Counted from the stretch's first letter, positions 30,510-44,146 are shown. The stretch: DNA of 64,000 nucleotides from Pseudomonadota bacterium (GCA_021848825.1 JAJZTQ010000011.1:1051-65050), one strand, 5' to 3'. Notes: generated by a model not told the origin, from the sequence alone. Numbers and translations are program-made.

Positions 30510-31675
30510 GGCCTGTCCTCCCTTTCCCGACTCCTGAACGCATCTCTCGATCTTGCCGCATCGCTTTCAGGCTGGGCCGCCTTGGCCGCTGCATCTTCCT
30601 GCGGCTGGGGCGAAGAAGTCGTCGCGCTCTTCTGCATCAGCTTGTCGAGCGGAAGATAAAGCAGGTTGCCGCTCTTTTGCTGGTCGATCAGCACCTTGTT
30701 GGTATTGCCGAGAATATCCTGCATCGTCTCGAGATAGAGCCTCTCCCTTGTCACTTCAGGCGCCTTGCTGTACTGCGCAAGGATTTGCTGGAAGCGGCTC
30801 GCATCCCCTTCGGCGTTGGAAATGACGCGCTGCTTGTATCCTTCCGCACTCTGGACGAGGCGGGCGGCATCCCCCGCCGCACGGGGCACGACGTCGTTGG
30901 CATAGGCCTGCCCTTCGTTCTTCATCCTGGCCCTGTCCTGATTGGCCTTCACCGCGTCGTCGAATGCAGCCTGAACCTGCTCCGGCGGCTGGGCATTCTG
31001 CATCGTGACCTTGCTGATCTCGATGCCTGTCTTGTAGAGATCGAGGATCTTCTGCATCAGCACGGCAGCCTGGTCTGCAACCTGTTCCCGCCCCTCGTAC
31101 AGAACGAAATTCATCTGGCTCTTTCCGACCACCTCGCGGATCGCCGCCTCGGCGATCTGCCTCACTGCATCCTCGGGAGAGCGATTGTTAAAAAGAAAGG
31201 CTTCGGGGTTCTTGACGATGTACTGGACCGCGAACTGCACGTCGACGATGTTCTCGTCGTCGGTCAGCATCAGGGACTCCTGAAGGATCTTGCTCTTGAT
31301 GTTATTCCTGTAGCCGATTTCAACTGTCCTGACCGTCGAGACATCGACGATCTCGGCACTTTCTATGGGATAGGGAAGGTGCCAGTGGGGTCCGGGCATG
31401 GTCGTTTCGACGTATTTCCCGAAGCGCAAGACGATGCCCCTGTCGCTCGCATTGACGATATAGAAGCCGCTGGCGAGCCATACGACGAAAGCGATGGCGA
31501 TGAAGAGCCAGATTCCCCCGCCGAGACTGAAACCCGGTTTCTGCCCGGCAGGAGTCCCGCCTTTCTTGCCGGAAAAAAGCGACTCGAGCTTCTGGCTGAA
31601 ATTCCGCCATAGCTCATCCAGATCAGGCGGACCTGATTTGCCGCCCCCTCCCCACTGTGGATCGTTTAATCCCAT
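30506..31675 (-). CDS. hflK: FtsH modulator HflK
   Basis: LNDPQWG...GPPDLDE; MLT.DENIV. Confidence 0.95.
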   Translation of the reverse strand: MGLNDPQWGGGGKSGPPDLDELWRNFSQKLESLFSGKKGGTPAGQKPGFSLGGGIWLFIAIAFVVWLASGFYIVNASDRGIVLRFGKYVETTMPGPHWHLPYPIESAEIVDVSTVRTVEIGYRNNIKSKILQESLMLTDDENIVDVQFAVQYIVKNPEAFLFNNRSPEDAVRQIAEAAIREVVGKSQMNFVLYEGREQVADQAAVLMQKILDLYKTGIEISKVTMQNAQPPEQVQAAFDDAVKANQDRARMKNEGQAYANDVVPRAAGDAARLVQSAEGYKQRVISNAEGDASRFQQILAQYSKAPEVTRERLYLETMQDILGNTNKVLIDQQKSGNLLYLPLDKLMQKSATTSSPQPQEDAAAKAAQPESDAARSRDAFRSREREDRP

Positions 31676-31686
31676 TTTTAAACCTG

Positions 31687-32805
31687 TCAAAATGATGCTG
31701 CCAGCCCGACCTCGACGGGCTTGTCCCGGTCGAGGAATTCGCCAAGGCATTCCCTCACCAGATCCAGACCCTGTCCCGTTGCTGCACTCAGACGAATTCC
31801 GGAAATTCTACCATACTCGTCGCGATCCAACCCCGGCGACAGTCCATTTATGTCTATTTTGTTATAGATCAGCACCTGCGGAACGTTATCCGCGCCGATT
31901 TCAGCGAGGACACGATTGACTTCGGCGATCTGCTCTTCCCTGGCCGGATTGCTGGTATCCACGACATGGAACAGCAGATCGGCACGGACGGTCTCTTCGA
32001 GGGTGGCGCAGAAGGATTCGACCAGCGTGTGAGGAAGCTGTCTGATGAAGCCGACCGTGTCGGAGAGCACAACCTGCCCGTGACCGGGAACGAACATTCG
32101 GCGCGAAGTGGTATCCAGCGTGGCGAAAAGCTGGTTTGCAGCATAACTGTCGGCATGCGTCAGCGCATTGAAGAGCGTCGATTTTCCGGCATTGGTATAG
32201 CCCACGATGGATACCGAAGTGACGTGCCCTCTCGCCCTGGAGCGTCTCTGAACCTCGCGCTGGCGTCTGAGCTTCTTCAGCCGCTCCTTCAGCAGCTTGA
32301 CTCTTTTCCCGATCAGCCTTCTGTCCGTCTCGAGCTGGGTTTCTCCAGGCCCCCTGAGTCCTATGCCGCCCTTCTGTCTTTCCAGGTGGGTCCATCCCCT
32401 GATCAGCCGCGTCGAAAGATGCTCGAGCTGGGCGAGTTCGACCTGGAGCTTTCCCTCGAAGCTCTTCGCTCGCTGGGCAAAGATGTCGAGGATGAGGCTC
32501 GTCCTGTCGATGACCCTGCACTTCAGCCTGTTTTCGAGATTTCTCTGCTGCGCCGCCGAAAGTTCGTGATTGAATATGACGATCCCGGCGCGGGTTTCGG
32601 CCAGCATGGCCGCGACTTCATCGAGCTTGCCGCTGCCGACATAAGTTGCGGAATCGGGCGATACCCTTTTTCCGGTCACGCAGCCAAGCGCGTTGACTTT
32701 CGCGCTGGATGCGAGCTCTTTCAATTCTTCCAGACTCTCGGAAAAACCGGGCTCGCCGAAATCCACCGCGACGAGCACGGCCTCGTTACCCGAATTTTCT
32801 ATCAT
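31687..32805 (-). CDS. hflX: GTPase HflX
   Basis: [18 protein letters not shown]. Confidence 0.96.
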   Translation of the reverse strand: MIENSGNEAVLVAVDFGEPGFSESLEELKELASSAKVNALGCVTGKRVSPDSATYVGSGKLDEVAAMLAETRAGIVIFNHELSAAQQRNLENRLKCRVIDRTSLILDIFAQRAKSFEGKLQVELAQLEHLSTRLIRGWTHLERQKGGIGLRGPGETQLETDRRLIGKRVKLLKERLKKLRRQREVQRRSRARGHVTSVSIVGYTNAGKSTLFNALTHADSYAANQLFATLDTTSRRMFVPGHGQVVLSDTVGFIRQLPHTLVESFCATLEETVRADLLFHVVDTSNPAREEQIAEVNRVLAEIGADNVPQVLIYNKIDINGLSPGLDRDEYGRISGIRLSAATGQGLDLVRECLGEFLDRDKPVEVGLAASF

Positions 32806-33041
32806 CCAGCTGAATTGGATTCGAACGGGATGGAAACCGGACGGGATGGCACGACAGTGGATATCGCATGCTTGTAGACCATTTGCGTGACCGTATTCTT
32901 GAGCAGGATCACATACTGGTCGAAAGACTCGATCAGGCCCTGCAGCTTGATGCCGTTGACCAGATAGATCGAGACAGACACATGTTCCTTACGCAAGGTA
33001 TTCAGAAATGGGTCTTGTAACAGTTGCCCTTTTGCGCTCAT
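32802..33041 (-). CDS. hfq: RNA chaperone Hfq
   Basis: LQDPFLN.LRKE...[10 protein letters not shown]. Confidence 0.97.
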   Translation of the reverse strand: MSAKGQLLQDPFLNTLRKEHVSVSIYLVNGIKLQGLIESFDQYVILLKNTVTQMVYKHAISTVVPSRPVSIPFESNSAG

Positions 33042-33159
33042 AAACTTCTCCAAATTTTATTATTGCCGTTCCACATTTTAGACCAGTGCATCCATTTGTG
33101 TATAAGACATTTTGAAAATACTTCAAGAATTTTGACATGCCGGCAGAAAATAGGTTCGC

Positions 33160-34557
33160 CTATCCGTATCTTTTTCTGCCCATGATGCGCTTTCTGTGAG
33201 CCGCCCGCTTTTCGCTTTCGGTCTGCGGAGCAGGCCTTTTCCCGGCAAAAGGATTCTTCCCTCCCTTGAATTCGACGCGCAGCGGCGCCCCCTTGAGATC
33301 GAAGGCATCCCTGAATGTCTTTTCGAGATAACGCTTGTAGCTTTCCGGAACCTGGTCCAAGGACGTGCCATGGATGATGATGAGCGGGGGATTCATTCCC
33401 CCCTGATGCGCATAGCGAAGCTTGGGTCTCAGCATGCCTGACCTGGGCGGCGCCTGCTTTTCCACTGCGGCGATCAGGAGCCTGGTGAGCTTCGGCGTGG
33501 AAAGCTTGGCCATCGCCGCTGAATAGGCCTCGTCCACCGACCTCATGAACGGGTCGAGGCCGGTTTTCTGCAGGGCCGAAATGTAATGGATGGCAGCAAA
33601 ACCGGCGAAATTGAGCTTCCTGGAAATGTCCCGCTTGACTGCTTCTCTTGCAGAACCTGAAAGACCGTCCCACTTGTTGACAGCGATGACGAGCGATCTT
33701 CCGGCTTCCAGCACGAAGCCTGCGATATGCGCATCCTGATCCGATATTTCGGCGCTCGCATCGAGCACCAGCACGACCACATTGGCTTCCTCGACCGCCT
33801 GCAGCGTCTTGATCACCGAAAACTTTTCGACCGCCTCGAAAACCTTTCCCTTTCGCCTCAGTCCTGCGGTGTCGATCAGCGTATAGGCCTTGCCGCCTCG
33901 CTCGAACTCGACATGGATGCTGTCCCTGGTGGTCCCTGGCTGATCGAAGGCGATGACGCGCTCCTCCCCGAGAAGCGCATTGACGAGCGTCGATTTCCCC
34001 GCATTCGGCCTGCCGACGAAAGCGATCTTGGGCCCCTCATTGAGCTCGAAATCGGATTCTTCGGAAGGGAAAGGCGCCAGCACGATCTCGACGAGATCCC
34101 GAACGTTGTCGCCATGCGCCGATGAAATGGGCAGCGGCTCGCCCAGTCCGAGCTCGTGAAACTCCGCCGAAACCACATGGCGCATCATGCCTTCGGTCTT
34201 GTTCACGACAAGATGGACAGGGCGCCCCGATTTCCTCAGTTGCTCCCCTATGATCCTGTCCTGCGCAGTCAATCCCTCCCTGCCATCGACCATGAAGAGG
34301 ATGGCATCGGCCTCGTCTATCGCCTGGAGGGTCTGCCTCGCCATCTCGTGGAGGATGCCTTCCTTGGCGACAGGCTCGAAACCGCCGGTATCGACGACAA
34401 GGAAGGGTTTCTCCCCTATCCTGCCGTGGCCGTAATGCCTATCGCGCGTGAGCCCGGGAAAATCGGCGACGATCGCGTCCCTGCTTTTCGTGAGCCTGTT
34501 GAAAAGAGTGGACTTTCCGACATTGGGTCTGCCCACGATGACCAGTGTGGGTTTCAT
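33160..34557 (-). CDS. der: Ribosome biogenesis GTPase Der
   Basis: Two GRPN.GKS G-domains. Confidence 0.97.
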   Translation of the reverse strand: MKPTLVIVGRPNVGKSTLFNRLTKSRDAIVADFPGLTRDRHYGHGRIGEKPFLVVDTGGFEPVAKEGILHEMARQTLQAIDEADAILFMVDGREGLTAQDRIIGEQLRKSGRPVHLVVNKTEGMMRHVVSAEFHELGLGEPLPISSAHGDNVRDLVEIVLAPFPSEESDFELNEGPKIAFVGRPNAGKSTLVNALLGEERVIAFDQPGTTRDSIHVEFERGGKAYTLIDTAGLRRKGKVFEAVEKFSVIKTLQAVEEANVVVLVLDASAEISDQDAHIAGFVLEAGRSLVIAVNKWDGLSGSAREAVKRDISRKLNFAGFAAIHYISALQKTGLDPFMRSVDEAYSAAMAKLSTPKLTRLLIAAVEKQAPPRSGMLRPKLRYAHQGGMNPPLIIIHGTSLDQVPESYKRYLEKTFRDAFDLKGAPLRVEFKGGKNPFAGKRPAPQTESEKRAAHRKRIMGRKRYG

Positions 34558-35690
34558 CAGGGCACGGCCATGGCATAAAGCTCACCCTTCCTGGTCTGAA
34601 CCAGGAACATGTCGCTGTTGAGATAGACCGGGTGGGAAAGGATGGGGCTGCCGTCCGTCTTGATCCTGGCAACGATCTGGCCATCGCTCCTCCTCAGGAA
34701 ATGCACCACGCCTCCGGCATCGCCGACGACGACATAGCTTCCCTGGATGTAGGGCCGGGTAATCCGCCTGCCCTCTAGATCGGACTGCTTCCAGACCGTC
34801 GCGCCGCTCGTGCTGTCGAGGCTCAGCACGTCATCCTGATCGTCGCTCAAGAAGAAGTTGCGCTGACTCACGATCATCCCGGCATAGCTGGAAATGTTCT
34901 TGGACCAGATCAGGTCGCCCTTGCTAAAATCGAAGCAGGCCAGCCTCCCCTGGAATGCGGCGGCGCATACCTGAAGTTCGTCAACCACGGGAAGACTGGT
35001 GACATCCGCTATCCTTTCAAGCTCCGTCGTGCCATGCGGCTGGGCCACGGCCGACTCCCAGTTGACCCCGCCTGTCTTCAGATCAAGCGATACCATCTTG
35101 CCGCCGGCAAATCCGGCAAATACGGTTCCCTGAAAAACGACGACACCTGCATAACTCCTGACGGAAAGGGCAGGCGTGGTGTACTGGTAAACCCATAGCT
35201 GCTTTCCATCCTTTTCATCGAGACCGAAGACTCTGCCGTCTCCAGTTCGCACTACCGTAACCCCATCTGCAATCCTCGGCATGCTCAGCAGCTCGCCCTT
35301 TACATGATGCTGCCAGAGCGGCTTGCCCGACTCGTCGTAGGCCAGCACATCGCCGTTTTCCGCGCAGACGACGATGATGTTGTCGCCGATTCCCACGCCC
35401 GCAGAAAGCGCATGCTGGGTATCGATCTTCCAGACCCGCTCGCCCCTCAGGCTTTCCAGTTTGGACAGCGTGCCATCGTGAGAAGCCGCGAAGACGGAAC
35501 CATGATCCACGGCAGGAAGCAGCATCGCATCGTCTGCGGAGCCGACGTCGGCGTGCCAGAGCACCAGCGGCTTGAATGCTTCATGGATGTCATGGAGCTC
35601 GGAAAGCGATGCCTTCTTGCCGAAAACGCTCTCGAACGTGGAGCAGGCCGAAAGCGACGCGAATAGCAGGATGAAGGCGATCTTCCTCAT
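34557..35690 (-). CDS. bamB: Outer membrane assembly lipoprotein BamB
   Basis: Lipobox LSAC, beta-propeller repeats, synteny. Confidence 0.92.
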   Translation of the reverse strand: MRKIAFILLFASLSACSTFESVFGKKASLSELHDIHEAFKPLVLWHADVGSADDAMLLPAVDHGSVFAASHDGTLSKLESLRGERVWKIDTQHALSAGVGIGDNIIVVCAENGDVLAYDESGKPLWQHHVKGELLSMPRIADGVTVVRTGDGRVFGLDEKDGKQLWVYQYTTPALSVRSYAGVVVFQGTVFAGFAGGKMVSLDLKTGGVNWESAVAQPHGTTELERIADVTSLPVVDELQVCAAAFQGRLACFDFSKGDLIWSKNISSYAGMIVSQRNFFLSDDQDDVLSLDSTSGATVWKQSDLEGRRITRPYIQGSYVVVGDAGGVVHFLRRSDGQIVARIKTDGSPILSHPVYLNSDMFLVQTRKGELYAMAVP

Positions 35691-36319
35691 TTCCCTCCTC
35701 CCGTCGAATCGAGCTTGATGCTGACAAGATCGCGGTAGGGGCTCGCCTTGTCGATCTTCACGAGCGCAAGAAGATAGGCGCTCCTTGCCTGATCCTTTTT
35801 CCCTTCCGCCAGGAAAATGTCTCCCTTCAGGTCGGAATAGAGGCCGTCGAACGAATCGCCATGCTTTTCATCGAGTGCTGCAACCGCGTCGCCGTATTTC
35901 TTCTGATCGAAAAGCACCCTCGCGAGCCTCAATCTCGCCACATCCTTGAGTTCAGGCTCCTGGCTGTGGTCGAGCACCCATTGCAGCTGGATTCTGGCGT
36001 CATCCATCTCGCCGGAATCGAAGTCCCTGGCCGCAGCGTAGAGGGCAGCCCTTGCAGCATAGGGCGTCTTCCCGAAATTTTCCATGATGTTCGATGCCGC
36101 AAGCCTTATCTTCTTGACGTCCTTTTCATCCTTCATTTTCGTCAATTCGGCATAAAGCATGGATGCTTTTTCATCCTGCTTGTGCTCATAGCGCTGGTAC
36201 CCCGCAAATGCGCCCCCGGCAATCGCGGCCACAAGCAGGGCCGCAGCCAGCTTGTTGCCATGGCGCCTCAGCCAGGCCTTGATGATTTCCAACTGCTGCT
36301 GTTCATCCAGATCGTACAT
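35687..36319 (-). CDS. yfgM: YfgM family TPR membrane protein
   Basis: YDL.EQ.QL..IK.W; ARLRLAR; synteny. Confidence 0.88.
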   Translation of the reverse strand: MYDLDEQQQLEIIKAWLRRHGNKLAAALLVAAIAGGAFAGYQRYEHKQDEKASMLYAELTKMKDEKDVKKIRLAASNIMENFGKTPYAARAALYAAARDFDSGEMDDARIQLQWVLDHSQEPELKDVARLRLARVLFDQKKYGDAVAALDEKHGDSFDGLYSDLKGDIFLAEGKKDQARSAYLLALVKIDKASPYRDLVSIKLDSTGGGK

Positions 36320-36326
36320 TTTTTCC

Positions 36327-37595
36327 TCAATTTGATTGTGAGCGCAGCCAGGCCACTGCTTCTTCGGGATGCATTCTGAATTGCCCCAATTCTTCCCGCA
36401 AGGGCTTCACTGTCAACTGGCGAGATTGCGCCTCTTCATCGCCTATGATGGCAGAGAATCTTGCGCCGCTCGCGTCCGCCTTTTTCATCTGCGACTTGAA
36501 GCTTCCTCCGCCGCAATGGAGGATGACGGAAAAGCCGTTATCCCGCAAATACTCTGCAGCGATCACGGCGAATCCAGAAGCCACCTCTCCCTGATGAACG
36601 ACGTAAATGTCCGTCCTCTTCGGAGAAATATCCTGATGATCTTCCTGGATCAAAGCCAGGATCCGCTCGATGCCGATGGCGAAACCGCAGGCAGGGGTCG
36701 GCTTTCCCCCTATCTGCGAAACGAGACCGTCATATCTTCCGCCGGCACAAACCGTTCCCTGGGCACCCAGCCTGTCCGTCACCCACTCGAAAACCGTCCT
36801 GTTGTAATAATCCAGCCCCCTGACGAGCCTCGGATTGATTTCATAGCCGATGCCGAGCTGTTCCAGCACCGCCTTGAGGCCTTCGAAATGGGAGGCGGAA
36901 TCCGGATCGAGATCATCATACAGCTTCGGCGCATTTTCCACGATCTCGCGCATCGATGGATTCTTGCTGTCGAGTATCCTCAAGGGATTGCTGTGAAGGC
37001 GCCTTTTCGCATCCTCGTCGAGGCTCTCCATGTGCTCCTCGAAATGCCTGACGAGCTTTCCCCTGTGTCTCGCGCGGGAAGCCGCATCGCCCAGGGAATT
37101 GATTTCCAGCCTGACATCCCTGAGCCCGAGCTTCTTCCAAAGCCTTGCCGCCATGGCGATCTGTTCGGCATCGACATCAGGCCCCTCGAACCCCAAGGCC
37201 TCCACGCCGACCTGATGAAACTGCCGGTAGCGCCCCTTCTGCGGCCGCTCGTGCCTGAACATCGGGCCCGTGTAGGAAAGGCGCAAGGGCCCCGGATAGA
37301 GCAGATTGTGCTGCAATACCGCCCTCACGCAGGAAGCGGTCCCCTCCGGCCTCAGCGTCAGGCTCTCGCCGTTCAAGTGATCGACGAAGGTGTACATCTC
37401 CTTCTCGACAATGTCCGTCACTTCCCCTATGGAGCGCTTGAAAAGCGCAGTCTGCTCGACGATGGGAAGGCGAATCCTGCGATAGCCGTAGGCATCGAGC
37501 CAGTCATTTATCGTCTCTTCGAAATAATCCCACCAATGTCCTTCATCCGGGAGAATGTCGTTCATTCCCCTGATTGCCTGAATCTTATCGTTCAT
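36327..37595 (-). CDS. hisS: Histidine--tRNA ligase
   Basis: [26 protein letters not shown]. Confidence 0.97.
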   Translation of the reverse strand: MNDKIQAIRGMNDILPDEGHWWDYFEETINDWLDAYGYRRIRLPIVEQTALFKRSIGEVTDIVEKEMYTFVDHLNGESLTLRPEGTASCVRAVLQHNLLYPGPLRLSYTGPMFRHERPQKGRYRQFHQVGVEALGFEGPDVDAEQIAMAARLWKKLGLRDVRLEINSLGDAASRARHRGKLVRHFEEHMESLDEDAKRRLHSNPLRILDSKNPSMREIVENAPKLYDDLDPDSASHFEGLKAVLEQLGIGYEINPRLVRGLDYYNRTVFEWVTDRLGAQGTVCAGGRYDGLVSQIGGKPTPACGFAIGIERILALIQEDHQDISPKRTDIYVVHQGEVASGFAVIAAEYLRDNGFSVILHCGGGSFKSQMKKADASGARFSAIIGDEEAQSRQLTVKPLREELGQFRMHPEEAVAWLRSQSN

Positions 37596-38799
37596 TCCCG
37601 TACCGCGTTCTGACATAATCGTCTATGATCAACTGGAATTCCTGGGCGATGCGCTCGCCCTTCAAAGTCACCGTCTTGACGCCGTCGACATAGACGGGCG
37701 CGACGGGATTCTCGCCTGATCCAGGCAGGCTGATCCCGATGTTGGCAAGCCTGCTTTCCCCGGGACCGTTCACCACGCAGCCCATCACCGCCACACTCAT
37801 GTTTTCCACGCCCTGGTAGCGGCCCCGCCATTGCGGCATGCTGTCCCTCAGATAAGCCTGTATGTCGCGCGCCAGCTCCTGGAAAAAGACGCTGGTCGTC
37901 CTGCCGCATCCCGGGCAGGCCGTGACCATCGGGGTGAAGGAGCGGAATCCCATGGTCTGCAATATTTCCTGGGCAACGACGACTTCCTGCCTCCTCTCTC
38001 CGCCCGGCTCAGGGGTAAGCGAAATACGGATGGTATCCCCTATGCCAGATTGAAGCAGCACGGCGAGCGCAGCAGTGGAGGCGACGATGCCTTTCGACCC
38101 CATTCCCGCTTCGGTGAGGCCGAGATGAAGCGGATAATCGCAGCGCTTGGCAAGATCAGCATAAACCTTGATCAGGTCCTGCACCCCGCTCACCTTGCAG
38201 GAAAGGATGATCCTGTCAGGCGGCAGGCCGAGTTCGACAGCGCGCTCCGCGCTCGTGAGCGCAGAGGCGATGAGCGCTTCCCGCTGAAGCGCTTCCGCTT
38301 CCAGCGGTTCTGCAAGCCTGCCGTTTTCGTCCATCATTCTGGCAAGGAGATCCGGGTCCAGACTTCCCCAGTTGACGCCTATCCTGACCGGCTTTTCATA
38401 ACGGCAGGCCATTTCGATCATGGTCGCGAACTGCTCATCCTTTTTTCTTCCGGCACCGACATTGCCGGGATTGATGCGGTATTTGTCCAAGGCTTTGGCG
38501 CAATCCGGGTATTGGGAAAGCAGCTTGTGTCCGTTGAAATGGAAATCTCCGACCAGCGGCACATTGCATCCCTTGCCGTCGAGCAGATCCCTTATTCTCG
38601 CAACCTGGCTCGCCGCCTCCATGGTGTTCACGGTGATGCGGACGATTTCGGATCCGGCTGCGGCGAGCTCGGCAATCTGATTGGCCGTGGATATTGCATC
38701 GGCCGTATCGGTATTCGTCATCGACTGGACGACAATCGGCGCGTCTCCTCCGACTGCGACATGCCCTACCCACACTTTCCTGCAGTTTCTTCTCGCCAT
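37585..38799 (-). CDS. ispG: HMBPP synthase
   Basis: VQSMTNT, RINPGN, CPGCGRT. Confidence 0.97.
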   Translation of the reverse strand: MARRNCRKVWVGHVAVGGDAPIVVQSMTNTDTADAISTANQIAELAAAGSEIVRITVNTMEAASQVARIRDLLDGKGCNVPLVGDFHFNGHKLLSQYPDCAKALDKYRINPGNVGAGRKKDEQFATMIEMACRYEKPVRIGVNWGSLDPDLLARMMDENGRLAEPLEAEALQREALIASALTSAERAVELGLPPDRIILSCKVSGVQDLIKVYADLAKRCDYPLHLGLTEAGMGSKGIVASTAALAVLLQSGIGDTIRISLTPEPGGERRQEVVVAQEILQTMGFRSFTPMVTACPGCGRTTSVFFQELARDIQAYLRDSMPQWRGRYQGVENMSVAVMGCVVNGPGESRLANIGISLPGSGENPVAPVYVDGVKTVTLKGERIAQEFQLIIDDYVRTRYGNER

Positions 38800-38802
38800 G
38801 AT

Positions 38803-39597
38803 CTATTTCAGCGTGACATGCGCCACTTCGGCCTTGACGTAAGGGGAAAGATCGACAGGCTTGCCTTCATACCGCAGCACGACATGCCTGGCATTGCCTA
38901 TCGTCATGGAAAATGGCGCCTGCCCGGAAATCGATTGAGTCGACCCCGCAGGGCTCAACTTCGAAAAAATCAGCTTCCCGCTTCCATCCTTGACCTCGAC
39001 CCAGGAAGGGGCGTCGAAAGAAAGCACGATCGGAGCGGATATCGAAGCAGACGGCGCGGAAAGCGGCAGCGGTGCGGAAAGCGGCAGCGGCGCCGAAGCG
39101 GCAGGTGAAGATTCGGGCGCAGCAGCAGGAAGCGGCGCTGAAACGGGCATGGGCTCAACAGCTGCCGGCTTCGCCTCGGGTTTCACGGCAGGCGCCTTGA
39201 CGGGCTTGACAGCAGGTTCCCGATGATTTTCCCTGTACATCTCGAACATCAGGATGAAAAATGCCGCCAGCACGAAAAGGATCGCGTAGTGAAAACCCGT
39301 CTTCTTTTTCCCGGAAGGAAAAGGGATGCCCTCGTCCTCGATAGGCGTGATCGATTCCTTGGGCGTGCCGATGTTCTCGAGCAGGCCTGCCGGATCGATC
39401 TGAAGCAACTTTGCGTAATTCCTGATGAACCCCCTGACGAAAACGATCCCCGGAAGCGCATCGTAATCGTCAGCCTCGAGCGCCTCCAACTGGCTTCTCG
39501 TCAGCCTCATCTTGCTTGCCACTTCTTCCGTGCTGAGCCCCCTCCTTTCGCGTTCCAGACGCAGGATGAGGCCGGGGCTTTTCCTTTCATCCGTCAT
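38803..39597 (-). CDS. rodZ: RodZ family HTH membrane protein
   Basis: N-terminal HTH, RGF.RNYA, TM, DUF4115-like C-terminus. Confidence 0.88.
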   Translation of the reverse strand: MTDERKSPGLILRLERERRGLSTEEVASKMRLTRSQLEALEADDYDALPGIVFVRGFIRNYAKLLQIDPAGLLENIGTPKESITPIEDEGIPFPSGKKKTGFHYAILFVLAAFFILMFEMYRENHREPAVKPVKAPAVKPEAKPAAVEPMPVSAPLPAAAPESSPAASAPLPLSAPLPLSAPSASISAPIVLSFDAPSWVEVKDGSGKLIFSKLSPAGSTQSISGQAPFSMTIGNARHVVLRYEGKPVDLSPYVKAEVAHVTLK

Positions 39598-40340
39598 TGG
39601 AATTTTCCGTCGTTGAGTTGCTGCGCTTCTCTCGACTCGGGAAAACGATGCTTCAACTGGGTTTCGTAATCCGATTCAAGATCCGATCCGCCGAGCGCAT
39701 GTTCAATCCTGACGCCCAGCCAAAGGCTCTCGGCGGTGGGTTCGCCCATCAGCATGTACCTCGAAAGATAGCGGCGCGCCAGACCGTACTGTTTTTCTCC
39801 GAAATAGATTCTCGCCAAACCGAGATTGGCTTGCGGAATGCTGGGCTGGATCTGAAGGGCATCGCGGTAGTATTTTTCGGCGTTCGATTGCTCTCCCATC
39901 TTTTCCGAGCAGATTCCCGCATTGAGGTAAGCCTTCTCGGGGGTCGAATAGAGGGGGTTCGCGACCGCGGTCAGGAAATGCCGGATGGACTGGACCTCGC
40001 GATGGGTCTGACAAAGGAACCAGCCGTAATTGTTGTTGATGTCGGAATCCTTGGGGCTCAGACTGTATGCATGTTCGAAATTCTGCCCGGCCTCATCGTC
40101 CTCCTTCAGCGTCATGTAGACCAGGCCGAGCACATTGTAAGCCTGGGCGTAGGTCGGATCGGCCTTCACCGCATCCTTCAGCTCCTGGATCGCCACCGCA
40201 TACTGCCCCCTGCCATAGTAGCCTGCCCCGAGTTCGGTATGCACCGAGGCGCTGTTCCTAGCATCTTTTGCAGTATCGAGCTGGGCTGGCTGTGAAGCGC
40301 ATCCCGCCAACAGCAGAAAAAGCACGATCAGTTTTCTCAT
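39594..40340 (-). CDS. pilW: Type IV pilus biogenesis TPR lipoprotein PilW/PilF
   Basis: Lipobox LAGC, NNYG.FLC, synteny. Confidence 0.9.
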   Translation of the reverse strand: MRKLIVLFLLLAGCASQPAQLDTAKDARNSASVHTELGAGYYGRGQYAVAIQELKDAVKADPTYAQAYNVLGLVYMTLKEDDEAGQNFEHAYSLSPKDSDINNNYGWFLCQTHREVQSIRHFLTAVANPLYSTPEKAYLNAGICSEKMGEQSNAEKYYRDALQIQPSIPQANLGLARIYFGEKQYGLARRYLSRYMLMGEPTAESLWLGVRIEHALGGSDLESDYETQLKHRFPESREAQQLNDGKFQ

Positions 40341-41410
40341 GCCGCTTCCCTGCTCCTTTTCGTCCTGTCATGCACCTTGCCCGCGAGCTGGCCGCATGCC
40401 GCATCGATATCGTCCCCTCTCGTCCTCCTAGTCGTAACGATGAGGCCCGCATCCGTCAAGACCGCCTTGAAAGCCGCAATGGCTTCGTTCTTCGAACGGC
40501 CGTAGCCGGAATCGGGAAAGGGATTGAAGGGAATGAGATTGAACTTGCACGGCACCTCCTTCACCAGCTTCACGAGCTCCCTGGCATGAGCAATCGTGTC
40601 GTTCACCCCGTCGAGCATCACATACTCGAAAGTGATGAAATCCCTTGGCGCGTGCTCGACATAACGGTTGCATGCCGCCATCAGCTCCTTGAGCGGATAT
40701 TTCCTGTTGAGGGGCACGAGCACATCGCGCAATGCGTCGTTGGGTGCATGGAGGGATACGGCAAGCGCCACCGGACAGCGCTCGGCCAGCCTGTCCATGG
40801 CCGGGATCACGCCGGACGTGCTGACGGTCACTCGCCTGCGCGAGAGACCATATGCAGAATCGTCGAGCATCAGATTGAGCGCAGTCACCAGATTCTCGAA
40901 ATTGAGCAGGGGTTCGCCCATGCCCATCATGACGACGTTGCTGATGATGCGCTCCCCGCCAGGCTCACGCCCGAGCGCCCGATTCGCCCACCAAAGCTGG
41001 CCGATGATTTCGGCAGCGGAAAGGTTGCGGTTGAATCCCTGCCTGCCCGTCGAACAGAAGCTGCATTCCAGCGCACATCCGACCTGACTCGATATGCAAA
41101 GGGTGCCCCGCCCTGATTCGGGAATGAACACGGTTTCCACCGCATTGCCCTCTCCCACGGACAGCAGCCATTTCCTTGTCCCGTCGGTTGCATCGAGTTC
41201 CCTGACGAGGCTGGGCACCCTGATCTCTGCCCTTTCCCTGAGCTTTTCCCGGAGGCTTTTGGCGAGATCGCTCATGTTCGAGAAATCATTTTCGCCGAAA
41301 TGATGCATCCACCTCATCAGCTGCCTGGCGCGAAAAGGCTTCTCGCCGATTTCCGAAAAAAATCCGGCGAGCTTGCCAGCATCGAGATCAAGCAGGTTTA
41401 CCGTCATCAA
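40337..41410 (-). CDS. rlmN: Dual-specificity RNA methyltransferase RlmN
   Basis: CISSQVGC...C.FC, MGMGEP, AACGQL. Confidence 0.96.
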   Translation of the reverse strand: MMTVNLLDLDAGKLAGFFSEIGEKPFRARQLMRWMHHFGENDFSNMSDLAKSLREKLRERAEIRVPSLVRELDATDGTRKWLLSVGEGNAVETVFIPESGRGTLCISSQVGCALECSFCSTGRQGFNRNLSAAEIIGQLWWANRALGREPGGERIISNVVMMGMGEPLLNFENLVTALNLMLDDSAYGLSRRRVTVSTSGVIPAMDRLAERCPVALAVSLHAPNDALRDVLVPLNRKYPLKELMAACNRYVEHAPRDFITFEYVMLDGVNDTIAHARELVKLVKEVPCKFNLIPFNPFPDSGYGRSKNEAIAAFKAVLTDAGLIVTTRRTRGDDIDAACGQLAGKVHDRTKRSREAA

Positions 41411-41832
41411 CGGGTATATACATCCAGTGCTGGAAAGAAATAGGCGATTTCAGTCGCAGCCGTGTCCGGACCATCCGATCCGTGAACCGCATTGGCATCG
41501 ATGCTTTCCGCGAAATCAGCGCGTATCGTGCCTTTGTCGGCTTTCTTCGGGTCGGTTGCGCCCATCAGGTTGCGGTTCTGCGAAATGGCGTTCTCGCCTT
41601 CGAGCACCATAATCATGACCGGACCGGAAATCATGAATTTCACGAGATCGTTGAAGAAAGGGCGCTCACGATGCACGGCATAGAACCCTTCCGCTTCCTT
41701 CTGGGAAAGCAGCTTCATGCGCGCCGCCGCGATCCTGAGGCCATTGTCTTCGAAACGGGAAATGATCTTTCCGATGACATTCTTAGCCACGGCATCCGGC
41801 TTGATGATGGAAAGGGTGCGTTCGACAGCCAT
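41407..41832 (-). CDS. ndk: Nucleoside diphosphate kinase
   Basis: [13 protein letters not shown]. Confidence 0.97.
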   Translation of the reverse strand: MAVERTLSIIKPDAVAKNVIGKIISRFEDNGLRIAAARMKLLSQKEAEGFYAVHRERPFFNDLVKFMISGPVMIMVLEGENAISQNRNLMGATDPKKADKGTIRADFAESIDANAVHGSDGPDTAATEIAYFFPALDVYTR

Positions 41833-41901
41833 GCGTTTCTCCAAATATAGTCAAGAAATCCGATATTTTATCAGGGATTGCGGGCAATGTCGCATTCAGG
41901 A

Positions 41902-43209
41902 TCAAATCGGTGCCCACCTTGGGAGAAGTCCCGGTTTTCCGGGCACAGCCCGATAATCCGGATCCGTCCCCAATCCGGGCACCCAGACAAGCCGGTCGCG
42001 GCAATAGAGAAGCGGAATTCTTTCCCTTTGCCAGGGCGGCACGCCTTTTTCCTGGAAAGCATGCTTGAGGCGCTTGGTCGGACGTTGCGCATGGAAACGG
42101 AAATGTTCCCCGCCGCACCTTCCCCTGACATTGACCTCGAAAAGCTTTTCCGGATCCAGCCCTTCCTCGCCTTTTTCGAAATGAAGGATGCCGCCGAGCT
42201 CGGGAATGGCCATCGATGATTCACCCGCCCAGCTCTTTCTGAAGTCGACTGAAACGGGAAGCGCCTTAACGACATGAACGAAGCCCCGGTAGCACCTGAT
42301 CTCGCAGCCGTCATGCGCAACGCATGCGCTTTTCGAGGCAAGCTGCTTCAGCATTTCCGCAAGACGCCTGCTGGAAGGCATTCTCAGTCCTTTCAAGGCG
42401 AGATAATGCCGAAGCAGATTCCCTGCTCTCGAAGCGGAAAGCCGATCGAGAACCGAGAGATCGAGACAGCCCTCCCTTATCGCCCCGGATGCATCGATTT
42501 TTGCGAGTTCATCGAGAAGTCTCGCGCTTTCAGCAAAATGAAGCGCCGATCGGGAGACCGTTTCCCTGAATGCCGGAAACCGCTTCTCGATCACCGGAAA
42601 GAGCATGTGACGGACATAATTCCTGTCGTAGGCGGGATCTGCATTGCTCTCGTCCTCTATCCATTCAAGCCTTTTTTCCAGCGCATAATTTTCTAATTCT
42701 TTCCTGGAGAGCGAAAGGAAAGGCCTAAGGAGAATCTTGTCCCCGAAAGGCATGCGCTCGCCCATTGCCGCAAGGCCGTCCGGCCCCGCCCCCCTGAAAA
42801 GCTGAAGCATGACGGTTTCGGCCTGGTCGTCCAGATGATGGGCGAGCGCGATATGGTCGGCCTCAAGCCTTTCGAAAACCGCATATCTTGCCATGCGCGC
42901 AGCCGCCTCGATTCCCGAAGACAGATAGGGAAAAATGTCCACTTCCTCGATCAGGATGGGAACATCGAGCATCCTGCACTGATTTTCGCAAAATCCGACC
43001 CAGCTTTCCGCGTTCCTGCTGAGTTTGTGATTGACATGCACGCAAGCAAGCGAGAAACCGATTGCCGATTCGAGATTCTTCAGGACATGAAGAAGAACGA
43101 TGGAGTCCAGCCCGCCGCTCAGGCCGAGGAGGACGCGGCTTCCCTTTGCAAGGAGCCCCCGTGCGGCTACGACGGAATCAGGAGAGCGCGACTTCCTTGA
43201 ATTTCCCAT
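41902..43209 (-). CDS. tilS: tRNA(Ile)-lysidine synthetase
   Basis: SGGLDS, AHH.DDQAET, RN.VR. Confidence 0.95.
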   Translation of the reverse strand: MGNSRKSRSPDSVVAARGLLAKGSRVLLGLSGGLDSIVLLHVLKNLESAIGFSLACVHVNHKLSRNAESWVGFCENQCRMLDVPILIEEVDIFPYLSSGIEAAARMARYAVFERLEADHIALAHHLDDQAETVMLQLFRGAGPDGLAAMGERMPFGDKILLRPFLSLSRKELENYALEKRLEWIEDESNADPAYDRNYVRHMLFPVIEKRFPAFRETVSRSALHFAESARLLDELAKIDASGAIREGCLDLSVLDRLSASRAGNLLRHYLALKGLRMPSSRRLAEMLKQLASKSACVAHDGCEIRCYRGFVHVVKALPVSVDFRKSWAGESSMAIPELGGILHFEKGEEGLDPEKLFEVNVRGRCGGEHFRFHAQRPTKRLKHAFQEKGVPPWQRERIPLLYCRDRLVWVPGLGTDPDYRAVPGKPGLLPRWAPI

Positions 43210-44146
43210 AACCCATCAGGCGCTCGTATCTTTCCTTCAGCAAGATGTCGATCGCCTTCGACTGCGCCTGGCTCAATGCATCCCTCAACGCGGACTTGAG
43301 CGTTTTCATCATCGCATCGTAGTCGCGATGCGCCCCGCCGAGCGGTTCGGGGATGATCTTGTCGACGAGCCCCAGCGTTTTGAGCCTCGTCGCCGTGATG
43401 CCGAGCGTTTCGGCCGCCTCGGCAGCCTTCTCGGCGCTTTTCCACAGGATGGATGCGCAACCTTCAGGGGAAATCACGGAATAGGTCGAATACTGGAGCA
43501 TCAGCAGCGCATCGCCTACGGCGATGGCCAGCGCGCCCCCCGATCCGCCTTCCCCTATCACCGTGCAGATCACGGGCACCTTGAGCTCCGCCATGACGTA
43601 AAGATTTCTCCCTATCGCCTCCGACTGGCCGCGCTCCTCTGCACCTATCCCCGGATAGGCGCCTGGCGTGTCGATGAAGGTGAAGATGGGAAGATTGAAT
43701 TTTTCGGCAAGCTTCATCAGCCTCAGCGCCTTCCTGTAGCCTTCCGGGCGGGGCATGCCGAAATTGCGATAGATCTTTTCCTTGGTATCCCTTCCCTTCT
43801 GATGGCCGATCACCATGACCGATTGGCCGTTGAATCTCGCCACCCCGCCCACGATCGCATGATCGTCGGCGAAAGCGCGGTCTCCGTGAAGCTCCTCGAA
43901 GTCAGTGAAGAGATGCTGGATGTAATCGAGGGCATAGGGTCGCTGTGGATGCCTTGCGACCTGTGAAATCTGCCAGGCATTGAGCTTCGAGTAGATTTCC
44001 TTCGTCAGCCCGAGATTCTTTTTCTGAAGGCGGTCAATTTCCTCTGAAATATCGACTGCGGATTCGTCCTGAACAAAACGCAGCTCCTCTATCTTGGCTT
44101 CAAGTTCTGCAATCGGTTGTTCGAAGTCGAGGAAGGTGATTTTCAT
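43178..44146 (-). CDS. accA: Acetyl-CoA carboxylase carboxyltransferase alpha
   Basis: [18 protein letters not shown]. Confidence 0.97.
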   Translation of the reverse strand: MKITFLDFEQPIAELEAKIEELRFVQDESAVDISEEIDRLQKKNLGLTKEIYSKLNAWQISQVARHPQRPYALDYIQHLFTDFEELHGDRAFADDHAIVGGVARFNGQSVMVIGHQKGRDTKEKIYRNFGMPRPEGYRKALRLMKLAEKFNLPIFTFIDTPGAYPGIGAEERGQSEAIGRNLYVMAELKVPVICTVIGEGGSGGALAIAVGDALLMLQYSTYSVISPEGCASILWKSAEKAAEAAETLGITATRLKTLGLVDKIIPEPLGGAHRDYDAMMKTLKSALRDALSQAQSKAIDILLKERYERLMGYGKFKEVALS